Notes: generated by a model from the sequence alone, not told the origin. DNA of 64,000 bases from Orbicella franksi (GCA_964199315.1 OZ116711.1:19778001-19842000); one strand, 5' to 3'; positions 24,801 through 39,800 are shown, counted from the first letter of the stretch. Program-made: numbers and translations.

Positions 24801-27800
24801 TTTGTGGCCAACCAGGTTTCCTTTACAGATTGACAGTAACCATTTATTAAACTCCTGGGTGGAAAAAGGCACTGTGAAAATAAACTGCCCTATTCAAATA
24901 CTCTAGACTGTGATGCCTGAATCCAGACCACTTGATTTTGTGTCTAATGCACTAACTCCTGAGTCACTGCAGCTGCCAACAGTGATGCCAAACTTAGGAT
25001 TACATATAATATTATTATTAAATCTCTGACCCCTACATCCATTTCAATCTTCAGATCCTGGTGGATTTCCGACATGGCTTGGACCAGAGATAGTCTTCTG
25101 GTGTTGTGCATCACTCGGCGTGGCTCTGTGGCTATTTTAACCAAGCTTGGTGAACCGTTGGAGATTTGCACAGAAGGTTGTTCTTTACACACTGGTCCTG
25201 CACTGTTCCTGCCACTCCATCCCAAGATAACATTTCAGTGAGTACCTACAGTCAGGACAAACCTGCCAAAAATGTACCAGTTTTGAGCAGTTTTTGGCCC
25301 TTTTTTAAACCCAAGACACAAAATGTTTCTATTAAGAAGACCATTGGCAAAAAAATTTAGGAAACAATGGAATTTATTAATAGGAAACAAGGGAGAAAAT
25401 TTTTAAGAGATCAAGGAAACATGCTACCCACAACCCACCCCCTGTGAGGCCCTTGCTGAAGCTTTGCATTATTTCGTGGTTTGCTTGTTACATACAAGAA
25501 GCGTCTGTTTAACCACAATCTTGTGAGTAAAAAGGTTTATGTTTTTTTTCTTTGCAGGAGCTCCACAAATGCCTTCCATTCAGACTCATCAGAATCATGC
25601 GCATCAGAAAAGGACCCCCTCTCCCAGAGGTTCTCTGTGGCCGTGCATCCTCACCTGCCAGTCATTCTGAGCTCTGATGGTTACCTAGTAACAGTAATGC
25701 AGCTACCGCCTGTCGCCAGTTACCATGGTATCATGACAGGCTTCATGAGAGACATCACGAGGTGTGCACTGCATTTTAAAAGCGATTTTATTTGACTCTG
25801 AGGATGACTTTCTCCCAGTTTGTGAGAACGTTAGCCACATACAACAGTCCTTTTCAGGGTTATCTTCACCTCAACAATCAAACCAGACATGCCAAACTTA
25901 TAATATTCCTGAGGAAATTGTCAGTTTTAGCAAACTAGAGCGGTTTTCAACTGAGTATCGAAAGTAATCAGGCAATTACTTTGGTTTTGGTTTTGGTTTT
26001 GGGTTTACTACAGGTCAAGATTGGTTGAGTAGTCTAATTGGTAAGTAATTGGTTTTGGTTTTGGTTTTGCGACACTCAATTGAAAACCGCTCTATCCAGA
26101 TGTAAAACTAATCACCACCTATATTCTGTGGGGTTGGGGATTGGGGGGTGCGTAAATGTGCAGACTGAACCCCTCAGTGTTAACATGTAATAGACTGGCA
26201 TTTGGCGCGGCACAAAAATACCTCCAAAATTATTACTGTAATTATTTTTTTCAGATTAGTCCCGGATGTGGATGTAGAGATTCAATCTGGGAACTTGTCT
26301 CGAGTGTCCTCTGTCAGCAGAATTAACATCATGCAGTCGGAAGCTAACGTGTCACGCGGCGTGACTTCCACAGAGTTCTTGTCAGACGCTCCAAGTGAAA
26401 ACAACTCCACAGGGTCATCTGTTGTTCCAGGTCAGTAAATAGAAAGCTCTACATTAGAACCGAGTTAGAATTTTAATATATCAAAAATGGCCTATTGTTT
26501 ATGTGTTTCTACGCTACACGATTGGCTTGAAAATCTCACGCCACTTTTTCATCCAGTCAGAGGTAAAACCAAAACCAATCGTGACTCACTCGCATACATT
26601 TTCCCGCGCTTTGCGTCAGCCACACTTATTTAGTTCGAGTTTTGATTGGTTCATTGTGATTGGCCAGCGTGATTACTTTGGTTTTGGTTTTACGACACTC
26701 AGTTAAAAACCGCTTTATGTAAATTCTAGTACGACTAGCATTGAACCAAAGTCATTCTGGCGAAAGAAATGCGGTGCAGTTGTAGCTTTTGTCATTTTAC
26801 TGAGAAAGTGGTATAACGCTGACAACAAGAATTCGAAACAAATTTTTGTAAGTTTAAGCTCAAACCTTTACGGCATAGCATCCTCGGTCAAGGTAACCAC
26901 ATCGATTATTTTGTTCACAAGGAGAAGAACGTTTTATGGATTCATCCTTCATCACCCTGCGAGCAGAGCCTCTCTTATCTCTTTTTGCTTTATCTTCTCG
27001 GTACAATGCATATGTACCGTAAGAAGGGGCTCTGCTTGCAGGGTGATCCTTCATTAGACTTTGCTGGAAAGTTGCGGTTAAATTTGGCGTTCGCTTTTAA
27101 AATGTCTAATAACCGTAAACAGGTAGCGTTTCATCCTTTTTAAAGGACTTAAAGGGATTGTCTATGTCTTTACACAAGGCAACGTTTCATGTGCTTGTAT
27201 CACAACAAAATCATCTGGAGACAATTGGCACCACATTTTGCAGTGTTGTGCACTCTGATGTACAACTCTTTGAAAACGTCCTGATATACCGCCAAATTCT
27301 CACAACCAAAATTGAAAGAAACATATGGCAGTCAGTTGGGAGAGTTAACTTTTCATTTTTTGGTTTTTGTTTAGGTTACGGCCTGGCAAGTGGAGATCAA
27401 GGCATGAGTTTCTTTGGACTGAATGACCCGGAACTCGAGAGCTCCCTTCACGAGTACGAACCTGGGAGCCTGGACGCCATTTCTCACGCCCAGAACCTTT
27501 CCATCGTGGCTTTGGCTCTGGGAACCGCGTGTGGTGTGAACTGGAAACAAGACGTTGGTCCTGCTATGGACCTCACTGTAAACGTGGTGAAAAAATTCTT
27601 TCAGTTCCTTCTTGGAAGTGCTGAGAGCATTCCACAGTTACACAGTTCAGCAAGAGGTTTTTCTTCATCCGTTGGCGATTTATCAACAAGGCGAAGTTCT
27701 AGTCCAGTTGTCGACTTGCAACTTTCCAGGGCTTTAGCATATTTTCGAATGGTGTTAGAAGTTTTCCAGTGGGACTCTACTCACAGAAACGCATTCGCTT

Positions 27801-30800
27801 GGGCGTTTCATCTCACGCATGGTATCGTAAGAGAAGTTCTGCTCCTAAGAGATACCAGCGCTGTCTACAAAATTGTCGGCAGTATACGAGTACTAAAACT
27901 AGCAGAACGAGTCCTTGGTCTTGTCTACTCGTCAAGCAGTGAAAAACTGTCACATCTACCCGGCCATGAACCTCCTTCACAACAGAGACAGGATCAACAA
28001 GAATGTACCACGAAAGAGAGAGAAGAGAATTTCGAAGGAGCTACTGTTGTCAATAGCCCTTCAGTTAAAGCTAGAGGTTCGCTAGACAGTGACACAAGTA
28101 GTTTAAATCTGCACGCGCAACAGTTATCTTTGTGTCAAACGCATCTCGGTGGATCATGGCTTTTGTTGTATAATTTCACCTCAGAGTGTTGTAAGAAGAT
28201 GCAAAGACGACGAAGTTCTTTGTTCTCGGCTCAAGACGGAGAAAGTAAAGGAACAGTTGAGAAGAAAATGGTTGAATTACTTTGTGAAATTCAAGAGAAA
28301 TTACAGATGCTTGGTGTGAAGATTCCAAGTAATACAGTTGCAAAACGGGAGAATGTCGAGGGTGAGTTTTAGGTGTAAAGGGCATTTTCTTTTTCCAGAG
28401 GGCTGAAAATGAGTCTTTTCACATTTGTTTCTAGACTACGAGTTGTTCCTCTTTCGCTTTGTCTGTCGAGCGTGACCGCGGTTTTCTTTCGCGTCTTCAC
28501 GACGGGCAAAGCGAAAGAGGGACTACTCGTAGTCTAACTTTTTACGGGCCAAGGAATCCACTTTTCTGCATGTTTTACAGACAGTATATGTTAGTTAGCC
28601 CAAGACCTGCGTTTTATTTCATCCTGAATCGTCAGAGCAATGCACAGCACTTTGCTCTCACGAAGGGGTAACCCTCGAAACGTCAGCTAGCCAGCAATGC
28701 AGGCGTATTTTGGCGAGCGAGCGCAATTTAATTAATCTTGGATTCAACCTCACAAGAAGCTTGGGGAAAGATGAAAAGACGTCATAGGGAGTAGGAGTGA
28801 GGCTAAAAGAGGAGTTTTCCTAAGACAATTAGATGGCGGCGAATCTACTCGATCGCGAGCTGAAACCCATAACTCGTGGGCACAAGGAAAGCGCCTGCAC
28901 TGCCGGCTAAACGTCAGCTACAAATACTCTTTAAGTCGGTTAATTTACCATTATTAATTTCAAGTTGATAAATAGCTAAGTTTTTCACTTGCCTGCCCAC
29001 GCAGCCCAACAGTTTTTTTAGAAACTAATGCCTTTGTTCAATCTGTCTTTTTACTGTCTGCTGTTTCGTTTTTACAACGTAGGGAAAACACAAAATTTCA
29101 TGTAATTATCATAAGCATTAAGGAGAATTTTTATTTCTAATGCGCTGAGTCAAGCTAATGGTGCTTGAAGTAATTATTATATCAAACACGAAGAGCGTAT
29201 TTGGCCGCATTTCCAATCACCAAGAAGAGAGTTGAAAATACGACGCGTGGCGAAGTATTTTTGACGAATTTCGACGAGGTGTTTGGAAATGAGGTCAAGT
29301 ACTGTCTTGAGTGTTTGATATATCTCCTCAATCGAAACTAAAACTAAGGAGAAAACGGAGAATTAAAATCGTAAAAAACTATGCTAATGAAGATCAGATA
29401 TCCAAGCACCGTCACGGTCATGATTTCCTTTGTTTAAACTTGATGAGTGTATACTAAACTTGAAAAGCCCTGTTGAAAGTCTTTTTCTTCCTTTGGTTCC
29501 TGTCGTTATGTTATGCCTAAAAAATATTTAACCTTATTGCTTATTGATCTTGTAAAATTTTGTCTTTCCAGGCGTCAGCGCCTACTTGGAAGGCAGCTTC
29601 CACAACCTACCGCCTGACGGATCCCAAGACTCTTTGTTCGCCAGAAGACGATCTAGTCTACAGGAGACTGGGGTCCAAGGGCAAATTCCCGTACCGTCGA
29701 GGAGATACGGGTCGCCATCTCGGGACAACATGGGAAGTCAACAATCCCAACATTCCCCAGGGGAGCTGTCTATTATGGGAAGCCCGAACAGTCATGTAAC
29801 CGAACAGGACTCCAAAACCCTTTTGTCGATTCTTTATATGCAGCTTCAGCAGTACGACCTCAGATCTGCCTTGGATCTCGTTTACTCATTGATCGAGCCG
29901 GCGTTTTCGTGTGAACAATTTCAAAGCAATACCAACTTTTCACTACTTCCATATACCCAAGGTTCTTTTCAAGCGCATAGCCATCACACAAATTCAAATC
30001 ATCGCATGGATATCTTGCTTCAGAACTACCCCATCGCTAGGGTCACGGATAACAGAGGTCTCAAAGTGGTGCAGACTCTTGCCAGGTTCATGTCGGCGTA
30101 TTTTTCTAACCTTTCCCTTTATGTGTACCCTCCATATCAACCTACTGCTCTTCCGCCATTTCACGAAAAGGCTCGAAAGAACATTGGTGCCAGGCTTGAG
30201 GAGGGTCCTCAAGCAGTGGAACATATTGGACTCGATAGGGCCAAGGTGTCTCAAGCTGTCCGGGACCAGGGTCTTTATGAGCTCTGGAGTGCCAACAACA
30301 CATTAGAATTACTGCTTGTATCTGGGCTGGTCTCGGAAGGGGCGTGGTTAGCTAGGAACTTGGGGGATTGGAAAAACGCCATGTTGCTTTCTTTCGCAAG
30401 TGATGCGCTGAGCTCTAGATTTTCACAAACCGCTTCAGATCCACAGATTCAGCTGGCGTTCCCAGCACCACTAGAAGACATTAAACTTCAAGCAATAGCT
30501 ATGTCAAGACTTGACCCTTCCTTCAAGCAAACCACCTCTTCAGGAGAAGAACAACCAGACAGTTCTGCTGAAGACAAGTCAGCTGCTCATTCCACAACAG
30601 CACGGAAGAGCCAAAGGTCCAAACAAAGTGCTGTGGACTTTGGGATTGAAGTGGATGACAAGATTGTGAAAGAGGTGTCCAGGATCCTGGAGGCTGGAGT
30701 AGTGGCTGGTCTTGACTTAGCGCCGTCGATTTTAACTGGTTTAGTAAGCCAGTTAAAGCAAGTGACGTCGTTGTTCGAGTGGATAGTTCCAGAGGAGTTC

Positions 30801-33800
30801 TACTTGCCTTACCCTCCGTCATTCTGCCCACAACCAATGAATCTGAGGAAGGTAATTACTTTCGTTATTCCGTTAAGGTCCCAGGTTTCTGTTAAATGTT
30901 CAGGGGGGGTGGGTCCTCGAGGGGGAAGGTTTTTTTTTTAAATTTAAACAATAGTTTTGACCCGGCGTTTGTTCTAAGAGCACAAACTGCTCATCGAGTG
31001 AGCTTATGCCTAAGGGGATTAGCCACGAAAGGGGGGGCGGAGAGGGGGTGTTGAGGACACACATAGAACACATATGGGGCTGGGAGCTAGGTCGTTAAAC
31101 AAAATTATAAGTTTTCAGAAAAAGAATGGCACGTCCCAACTCATTTATCACCTTTCGAAAAAACATTTTATGATTCCTTTAGTATTGGTACAAAGTGTGT
31201 TTAATAAATCTCTTTGAACTGAATTATCACATCAGCAAAATGAACTACGTTTCTGTTGTAAAGGATATACGTTAAAATATTATTTGTTAATTTAAGGTTA
31301 AACGTTTCTTTTTTTCTGTTTAGGAGATAGTATCGCCTGCTGCCGAGAAAGAGGAGAAACTCCGTAATGAAGTTGCCAGCATTGTTCAGAAAATCTTTCT
31401 TTTGCTGAATGCTTCTAACTGCCTGGTACCCTGTGTGAGGTGGTACACAGAACAGCTTATCGTCACTACAGAGAGCTGGTACAATGTGAGCAGAACAGAT
31501 TCAGAGTTTCCTTTGCCTTCTTCATTGGCTGGGTACGCTAATCGAGGATTCAGCTTCCATGAGAGAAGAGCTGGTAGAGGAAGTCACGTGTCACCCAAAG
31601 GAAAAGGTAACTTGCCGAGTCCTTTGTTTTGATTGGTCAATTCGGAATTGTTGAGTCAATAGAGTGGTAAATGCTCCTTCAAGAAGATTTGAGATTTTTA
31701 CTGTGCTTAGAACATTAAAGGAGTTCGGTCACGGTATTTTGAGGTTTTTTTTGGCAGCGTACAGAATTACCTTTAAATTGAAGGAAACCTGAAAATAGCA
31801 GTTTGTTAAGATGGAAAAACACCAAAGAGATAATAATAAACAAAAAAGGAACAAGGTACAAACGACGAACTTGACAAATTGAGGCTAAACTTCTCAGGAA
31901 AACGTAGAACAATAACCAGGGCCAGGGTTCGAATAACTAGACCCTTCAGCTACGTTTCGTCTAGTTTGATGGTGCAGTAAGGTATAATTAGTTTGAAATT
32001 ATTGTATTTCAGGCAAAAAAAGTTCTGGCCATCAAGAAGATAAAGTTGATGAAAAGCTGTCATCTTCGATTGGGAGTGTCCTGTGCAGTTTTCGTGAATT
32101 CTGTTCGATCATGTGGTTATTGCATGCACGCGATAAGATGAGTAAATCATCCAGGAAATACAGACAGCTGCGGAGCCAATCAACGGGCAGTGAGGAGGTA
32201 TGTACACGTTAATAGTAATTTCGTGTAGTGCTGATTATTAGGCTCTACAATGTAAAACCCCTAGTGTGTGACTATTCAAATGAAAGCTATTGAGCAGTAC
32301 TTTCATGTGGTACTGTTTATTACGCTGTACAAGTTGGTTCCAATCTTTAAGTCTGTGGATGAAACCCTAGTGTGTGACATTCAAATGAAAGCTATTGGGC
32401 AGCACTTTCATGTGGTACTGTTTATTATGCTGTACACGGTTATTCTATCTTTCTGTAGATATAACCCTAATGTGGGACCATTCAATTGAAAACTGATAAG
32501 CAGTTCTTTCATGTGGTTCTGTTTATTAGGGCTAAACAAGGTGACTCGGATTCTCTAGGGGTGCTTACCATTTACAAAAACCATCCGGTTGGAAATTTCA
32601 GGCATAAACATTAAACAATTAAATTGAACATTGCGGGAGAGGGAATCGCTATAAAGTATATCCACATCAGCTAGAGAGACTAAAAAGAGCAGAAAAATAG
32701 CATCAACCCAAATCACAGCCCATATTTTCTGAAGCCTCCCAAACGGAATGGCGCGAACCATTTGATTTTCCAACTGGAATTTTCGGTTTTCCCATGTAAA
32801 TGGTAAATATATTTTGTAACGTTTCGCTAATTACACTGGAGTATGTTCACTATGTATGGTTCGTGTTAACCGTAGAAGTATTTTAGGCGTGAATCCCTAA
32901 GGGGCTAGTAGGCTATTTAAGAATTTGTAAGTTATGCAAGAGCCACTCGAAGGCATCTCTTTCAACTTTGCTTTTTAATTTTCTGTTTATTCACTGCTGT
33001 ATTTTCTTTATGATGATGTAACGCTCGCTGTATCCTGCATCAATAAACGAGATGCCCGCCCCTGATGCTGTGTTTGTGTTTATTAAGATTAGTTACAAAA
33101 TATTTTATAATCGTTTCAGGGTGATTAGAGTATAAGTACCCTAGGTCTGTGTTTGATACCGCTCTGTTTTTTTTTTTTGTTTTTTGTTTTATTTCAACTC
33201 TGCGAATTGTTTCCCATTTTCATACGCCCAACACGTCAGAAAGAGATTTCGTGTGAATCTGGAGAAAGAGATAAGAGCATCTATCTGTGTGTTCGCTTGT
33301 AGGCTAATGTATTCACTTTTTTCGCTAGGAGGCCTCAACAATCCACTCCATCTGTTGGGAGACCCTCCTGTGGACCACAAGACTGAGTCCTTTCAGTTCA
33401 TTGCTTGGAGCCACAGACAAGATCAATGACACCTTACTAACGCTGTTATCCGAATTGCCACCCAGCTATGCAACAGCAGAACTGACCGCTCAGTTCTTTA
33501 ACGACCCTGACGTGGTACAAACAACGAGTGGACGAGCTAAGTTCAAGAGGCTCATGGCTCAATTCCGAGGCGTTAGTTTGCGAGAAGATAGCGAGTTAAA
33601 TGAAGACCAGGCAGATGAACCACTCTCAGTGTATTATCGCAAGAAGTGCATGGATTGGGAAGAGGAGCTTATGGATAGAGAAAAACTCTTTGGCAGAGTT
33701 TGCGAGCAGTTTTTCGAGGTGGACGATGCGTCTGAGAAGGCTACAGCTGATGATGAAGGTGTTGTAGCAAGACATGGAGATCAGGCTGTAGCAGTGGGAA

Positions 33801-36800
33801 CAGCTCTGTTTGAGACACAGCCGTCGTATTTCCAGTTTTTAGACACGTTCTTCATGATCACTGTCTCCAAAACTGTGCTGACACAACACAACAAAGCTCC
33901 TTATCCTGTACCGTTACTCTCTTCGTACAGCAAGCATCTCTTAGCTTCAGACACAAAGTCTCTGGCCGCGCTACAACAGAAAGCTCACAGCGATACTGCA
34001 GCTAAGCCCATCAAGGGTCCTTCCAGCCTTTTCAGGAGCCAGAGCTTCACAGATGTGCGATCGTCCAGGTCTAAACCGGAGCTCCCTCCTTCGAGTTTGG
34101 GCTCAGAGGCGGAGATAAAGAGGAGCAGTAGCCTCAATGATGTCGCAGGATTAGACTCCCTTCCTGGGATAAGGACCCTTGGAAGTTTGATGCTTGAATT
34201 ACTTCCGAGTCTCACTTGGCTCAGTAGATGGTCCTTAGAGGGTTCGTCATTGCCTTCAAGTAATTTTGATGTTAGTATTCCTGGTGCAAACGAGTCGCAT
34301 CCAGTAATGCGCGTTCATGTAGCTCTTCCACTACTGATCAACGGTCTGTGGTTGCTCCCGAATGTCTACTGGCCTTGGGTATCAGAGACAGAAGTTCTGG
34401 TTGATATCAAGGTCATCCGACCGAAGATTTCTCCACAAAAGAAGATCTCTGATGTCGCAACAGAGCGTCCTTCCGTTTTGAAAGATGCCACGACGCCTCC
34501 AAAAGGTTTGCGAAAAGTCTTGAGCGATTCCAACATTCAAAGGTCTGCAAACAGAGCAACGAAACGAAATAGCATAGCGGGTGAAGATCAAAGGTTACAA
34601 GACAGCCATCATCACCAATCAACTCCAGATATACTTCGAAAATCTCAAGGTGACGCGAGGAGTCTGGCAGGTGAGACAACAGAACCAACCAGGTCTGTAC
34701 CAACAAAGGCTCACGAAGAGGAACGGCCGTTCGCAAGACCATTACGTAAGGATCTACGAGTCACTCAGCGTCTGGATCGTATTCCCAAATCAAACAGTGA
34801 ACCAAATATCCCGAACATCGTAGTACAGAGTCCTACAACGGACGAGGAAAAGGACTTCAGTGGTGCGTTAAAAAAGCGACATTTTCTGCAAGACAATGGG
34901 AGACCTGTTGTTGTTCCTGGCAGCCAAACAACATATTACTCTGATACAGGTACAAATGTAATTATAAGGTCTCGTTACTGACACATACTAGAGCATGACC
35001 GAGCTTTAAAGGAGCTATGTCACGGTATTTTGAGTTATTTTGGCCACGTACAAAATTACCTTTAAATTGAAGGAAACCTGAAAATAGTATTCTACTGAGA
35101 TAGACAAACACCAAAGAGATTATAATAAACCATAAAGGAACAAGGATGGTTAAGGATGGAGAAGATTGAGTTGGATTACAAACGACGAACTTGAAAAGTG
35201 TAGGCTAAACTTTTCAAGGTGCGCAAACCGTGGCATAGCTCCTTTAAGGTCGGCGCGCACTCCTGAAGAGTGGGCATGTTGTAGCGACAGTTTTCCTTGT
35301 GTGTCATGTCCATTTTTGCGAAAAATGACTGCTACGGGGACAACATTTTGTCCACGAAAGATGTTGCGTGAAATTCGGCTGTTTTGGATTCGTGCGTCAT
35401 GAAACAGGGACAAATTGAACTCATTTTTCGATGTCGCATTGTGTGTACTGCTCCTGCAAACTGACCTCGCTGCAATATAGAAATGAATCAATATCCACTT
35501 TGTGCGCATCAGCGTGCATACTGTCCATGCAAGGTGCGTCCCATGGGTACACACGAAGAGGCTTGTCCCTGCTTCACGACCCCACAACGTGGTGTATGCC
35601 GAACTTTATTTTCAGGGTCATTGCTATTTATCTACTGCCAATGTTCTTCTTTCTCGCTATAGAGTTAAGATCCTCGGTCAAAACAATTGTAACTTCTACT
35701 CCCGCAAAAACGAAACGCTCACGGAAAGGCAAAAAGAAAGAACGTAAAAAGGAGGTAATCTCAGGTGAAGAGAAAGAACAGGCAGAGAAAAGATCTGAAG
35801 AAGATGCACCTAACTGGGAGAAACAACCCTTTCAAGGTAATACGTTCGATATAATCCATCAAACACGAAAGACCATGTTTGAGCAAATTTCCCACCCAAG
35901 AGAGTTGGAAATACAACGCGTAGCGGAGTATTTTTTACGAACTCCGAGGTCTTTGGAAATGCGGTTAAACACTGTCGTGAGCGTTTGATATATCTTCTCA
36001 ATCGAAACTAAAACAAAGGAGAAAACGGAGAAATAAAATCGAAGACCTATTCTGGAGCAAGAGAAGAATTTAAAGAGCGCTTGAAAAAATAGTAGATACA
36101 GTGCCTAATATGCCCATAAGAAACTTGGTTGTTCTTGATATACTCAACTTGTCACAGTTGGTTCACAAATTTCACCTTAACTAAATTTCGTCCTCGAATT
36201 TTGTCTCGCATTTTAGTCATTTCTACAAGAGCCCTTTATTTCGTCAAATACTCGTGATTAAAAAACTCAGACTCGCTTTTTAATCCTTCGTGTTATCACA
36301 GACCAAATTGGAGTCCTGTGTACTCTTGTCTATCCGCGTCTCTCTCGTTAGCAAAACTATGAATCGCGATACGTTCCGCGCGGCATTTTGCGTGTAACCC
36401 TACAGCAGAAGATAAACAAACTATTTAGTGTGCTAAACCTACGTTATTTTCTAAATTATGTTAACAGAATTCGAGAAGACCACTAACAAGACATCATTTG
36501 CAGCACAACTCCCTGCAGGCCCAACACAACCCATAAGAAGGACGTCTCCATCACGCCAAGCGAAAAAGAAAAAGAAATCTTCAGTAGCACAACAAGAGCA
36601 AGAGGATATTGGTACAGTGGCCAGTCACGATTCAAAGCAGAGGAACACAGTGGAACCTGCAGAGTGGAGTCAGTCTTCAGCCACAGAAGCGCTAGTGTCT
36701 CAAGGACAAATGGAGTTACTTCTTGTCGTAAGGTGAGGTTACTGTTTTGATCAAAACTACATCAGAAATCATTAATCTGGTTGCAGATTCGTCGTTATTG

Positions 36801-39800
36801 AAAATGGCAAATAGGGCTTCTGCTTAGTGGTGGTTCGATCTCGTTTGTCATTCGTATGACTACATACCAAATTGGTCTCCTCTCAGTCCTGCTCCAAAAG
36901 ACAAACGACTAAAAAGCGAAGCGGCGAGGCAAATATCCTTCACTATTCACCGACACAAAGATAAATAATGGTTTTACTGTTTACCACAAAAGCTGAATAA
37001 CAAGCGGACCAAAATAATTACCTCACTTTCGACAATAAACCGACAAACGGTCGGACACTTCTCTTCGGCTGCTTGGGGGTGAATAGTACTTTGATAATCA
37101 CCTCCGAGTTAGCCAATGAGAACGCGTGGAAAACAGTATTCACTTGTGGTGGTGTATAGTGCGATAGAGTATTGTTGATGAAAATTAGCGACGGCGAACT
37201 CTCACTGCGGACAAAGGCACTGACCTGTTGAGTCAGTAGACATGGATATCGTAGGCAAAGGGTATGAACGGACTTTACACATATACATTGCATTACTCTT
37301 GCAGACCAGGCGATGGTAGTCAGGCATCCACCACGCAGACAGGCATTCCTCTTGTCCGAATACCAACGCTTGTGGACAGTCAGAGCTCGGGGTTTATCCC
37401 ATCTAGCGACAAAAGAAAACAAACGACCCGTGCGGAAACAGCCTCACAAACTGATCCTCACAGGGTAACGTCAGCTGCCTCGCAGACACTGCAGCATTCT
37501 GGGATTCCATCTGACCAAGGTCATGTGACTCATCGATCTGATCAAATGACTAACACCCGTGGTGACGGGAACGTTGATGAGAGAACGGCCTGGGTTCAAA
37601 CGGAACCCAGCATGGAACCAAAGCTAGACGTTCCTCGTCCTTTCTTTCCTTTATTGCAACACCAACAAGCTTCCTTACTTCAACAGCAAGATCCTTACAC
37701 TGTTGGCAATCCACCACCTCCAACAACACAATATCAAAATCAAAGGAGAGTTCTGCCCTTGCTTCATATTCCAGTTGTCGACGCGTCAACTAAACTTGAC
37801 TTGAGCAAGATGAAGCTTCTTCAAGTCCCCAAGCGAAGCGAAGACTCCCCGTTGTTACATCTTCCCGAATCAAACCCGACACCGCAACCGGCAGTCCCGG
37901 ATTTGAGTAAAATAAAGTTCTTACAAATCCAACCCAAGAAAGAAATTTGGCAAAACGCTGCCGGACCAAAAGGGCCTGCTACCGTGCCAGTGCCGGCGTT
38001 ACTGCGCATGACCGGAACTCCGGCTCGCCCAAATGGAGTCGCCTTGAGTAAAATGAAACTTTACGAGAATCCGCCGACAGTTCGTGAAGCATGGCCGCTC
38101 CTAGAAACTCCAAGACAAGCAGAGGCCCCAAGGCTTATTCCTTTGGAGAAAATACTAGCTTTTGAGAGAGGACTGAGGGACAAGCTGGCACCTTTTAGTG
38201 AGCCTGCGCGCTACCCCCATGAGAAAGAGAACATACGACCCTCCGGGGAAAATAAAATGAAGTTAGTGAAGGCACATGCTGAACCTCAGGAGAATTTGGT
38301 AGAGGAAGACAAGAGAAACACAGCTTCCAGGTAAGCCAATCAGAATGACAAAATAGAGAACGTTTGTAGACTAGCCACAAAACACCACGACCCGGTTTTT
38401 CAAACACTGACCAAAACTGACTTGACTGGGAGATAGAAAGCATTATACTCGTTGAAACTACAGGTATTGTGTTGGAGTTTTTGTCATCCATGTTTGACAT
38501 TGCTTTGTAGCAAGGTTGCGTTTAGCAGGGTACGGTTGCTAGGCCCCCTCCTTTATCCTGACTTGTTACCGGCTAACTGCTCCCTAGGGAAACAAATAGT
38601 TGGGGTTTACGCTAAAAAATAGTGGTGGAGAGGCTTTTCTTTCATTTAAAAGAGATTTATTGTTTTGTTTAAATTCATTATTGACCAAACAATCCTATAA
38701 AGCAACTATCTTTAGGGTGAGAAGAAAGAGGGGTACGCAAGGCCCAAGAATAAAGGGGACGATATAACAAAAACGATTTTATGAGGGGGATGGGGGTCTC
38801 GAGTAATTATGATTTGGGGAGGATAAATTTGGGTGTTATTTTTGTTCTCTTAGAAATATCTTATAGCCTTATTGTAGGCCTTCTTTCCATTTACTGTCCA
38901 GAAAACTACACCAAGTAGATGATTATTCCTAATCGCTTTCCTTACCCATTTTCAGGCAAAGAAGAAGGCAGGCTTTGGAAAAGCAGGCTCGACCTCGCTC
39001 TACGTCACCCTTGTTCAAGAGCAGGCGAGGACGGGCACCTTCTCGCAGCAAATCTTCACAGGGAAAGATCATTACTGTACAACCTGCAAAGAAAGCGAGA
39101 AAAACTGAGAAAGTTTTGCCCGTAAAACAACAGAAGGAGAAAGGTCCAATTCCTAAGAAAACCATACATACCAAGCAGCGTACGCAACAGAAAGAGGTTT
39201 CAAAGAAAGGTTTGAAGAAAAGCGTTACGTTGAGCGAAAGTGAATTAGAACTTTCGGAAATTTCCGATCAAGCTTCTGATGGTTCCGAAGAAGAGAAATA
39301 TTTTCGTGTTGAGCGAAGTCCAGAGCCGATTGCTGTGCCTGATCGTGGCACTAAAGGGCCTGGGGCGATGAAAAGACGCAAAGATAGGGAGGAAGAATTG
39401 AACTCCGGGGAATTTGAGGAGATTATGCCGGGGCCGCCTTCCATGCGGTATATCAAGGAAAGAATCGGACGGAAACTACATGAAGTCGACCAGCAAGTGG
39501 CCGCGTATCGCAGGGGAAGTCCCGATTGGAGAACTTCTGTAGATGGCATACGAAAGCCTTCGGAAACCCGCCGAGAGCAGAGTACCGTGGGAATTCAAGT
39601 TGACGAAGGGAAACAACCATCGCAAGTAAAATCCGTGGGATTTTTTCAGTCGTGTTTGGTGGACCGTATCGGAGATAATGTTTTGAAAGTTAATTCCAGT
39701 TCTCAAACTGACCAGGTTTCTGCGCGGCCAGCTCCAGTGAGAAGAGACCTGGTAACGTCGGGCGTTCAAACGGAGAAAGAATCTTTTGATTCTGATCACG

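Noticed and set aside
25764-25967. Protein-like ORF (DSEDDFLPVCENVSHIQQ...) just after CPLANE1 exon 9
   Set aside because: Exon 9 (phase 2) splices cleanly to 26255. Including this stretch needs a frameshift or a 21-nt intron, so it is treated as intronic.
32268-32489. ORFs reading TIQMKAIEQYFHVVLF... (also at 14718 and 40771)
   Set aside because: Translations of the 105-bp tandem repeat, whose unit length is a multiple of three. Not genes.
35431-35988. 185-aa ORF as a separate gene
   Set aside because: Only 35663-35836 is a CPLANE1 exon; the rest is intron and dispersed repeat read in frame.
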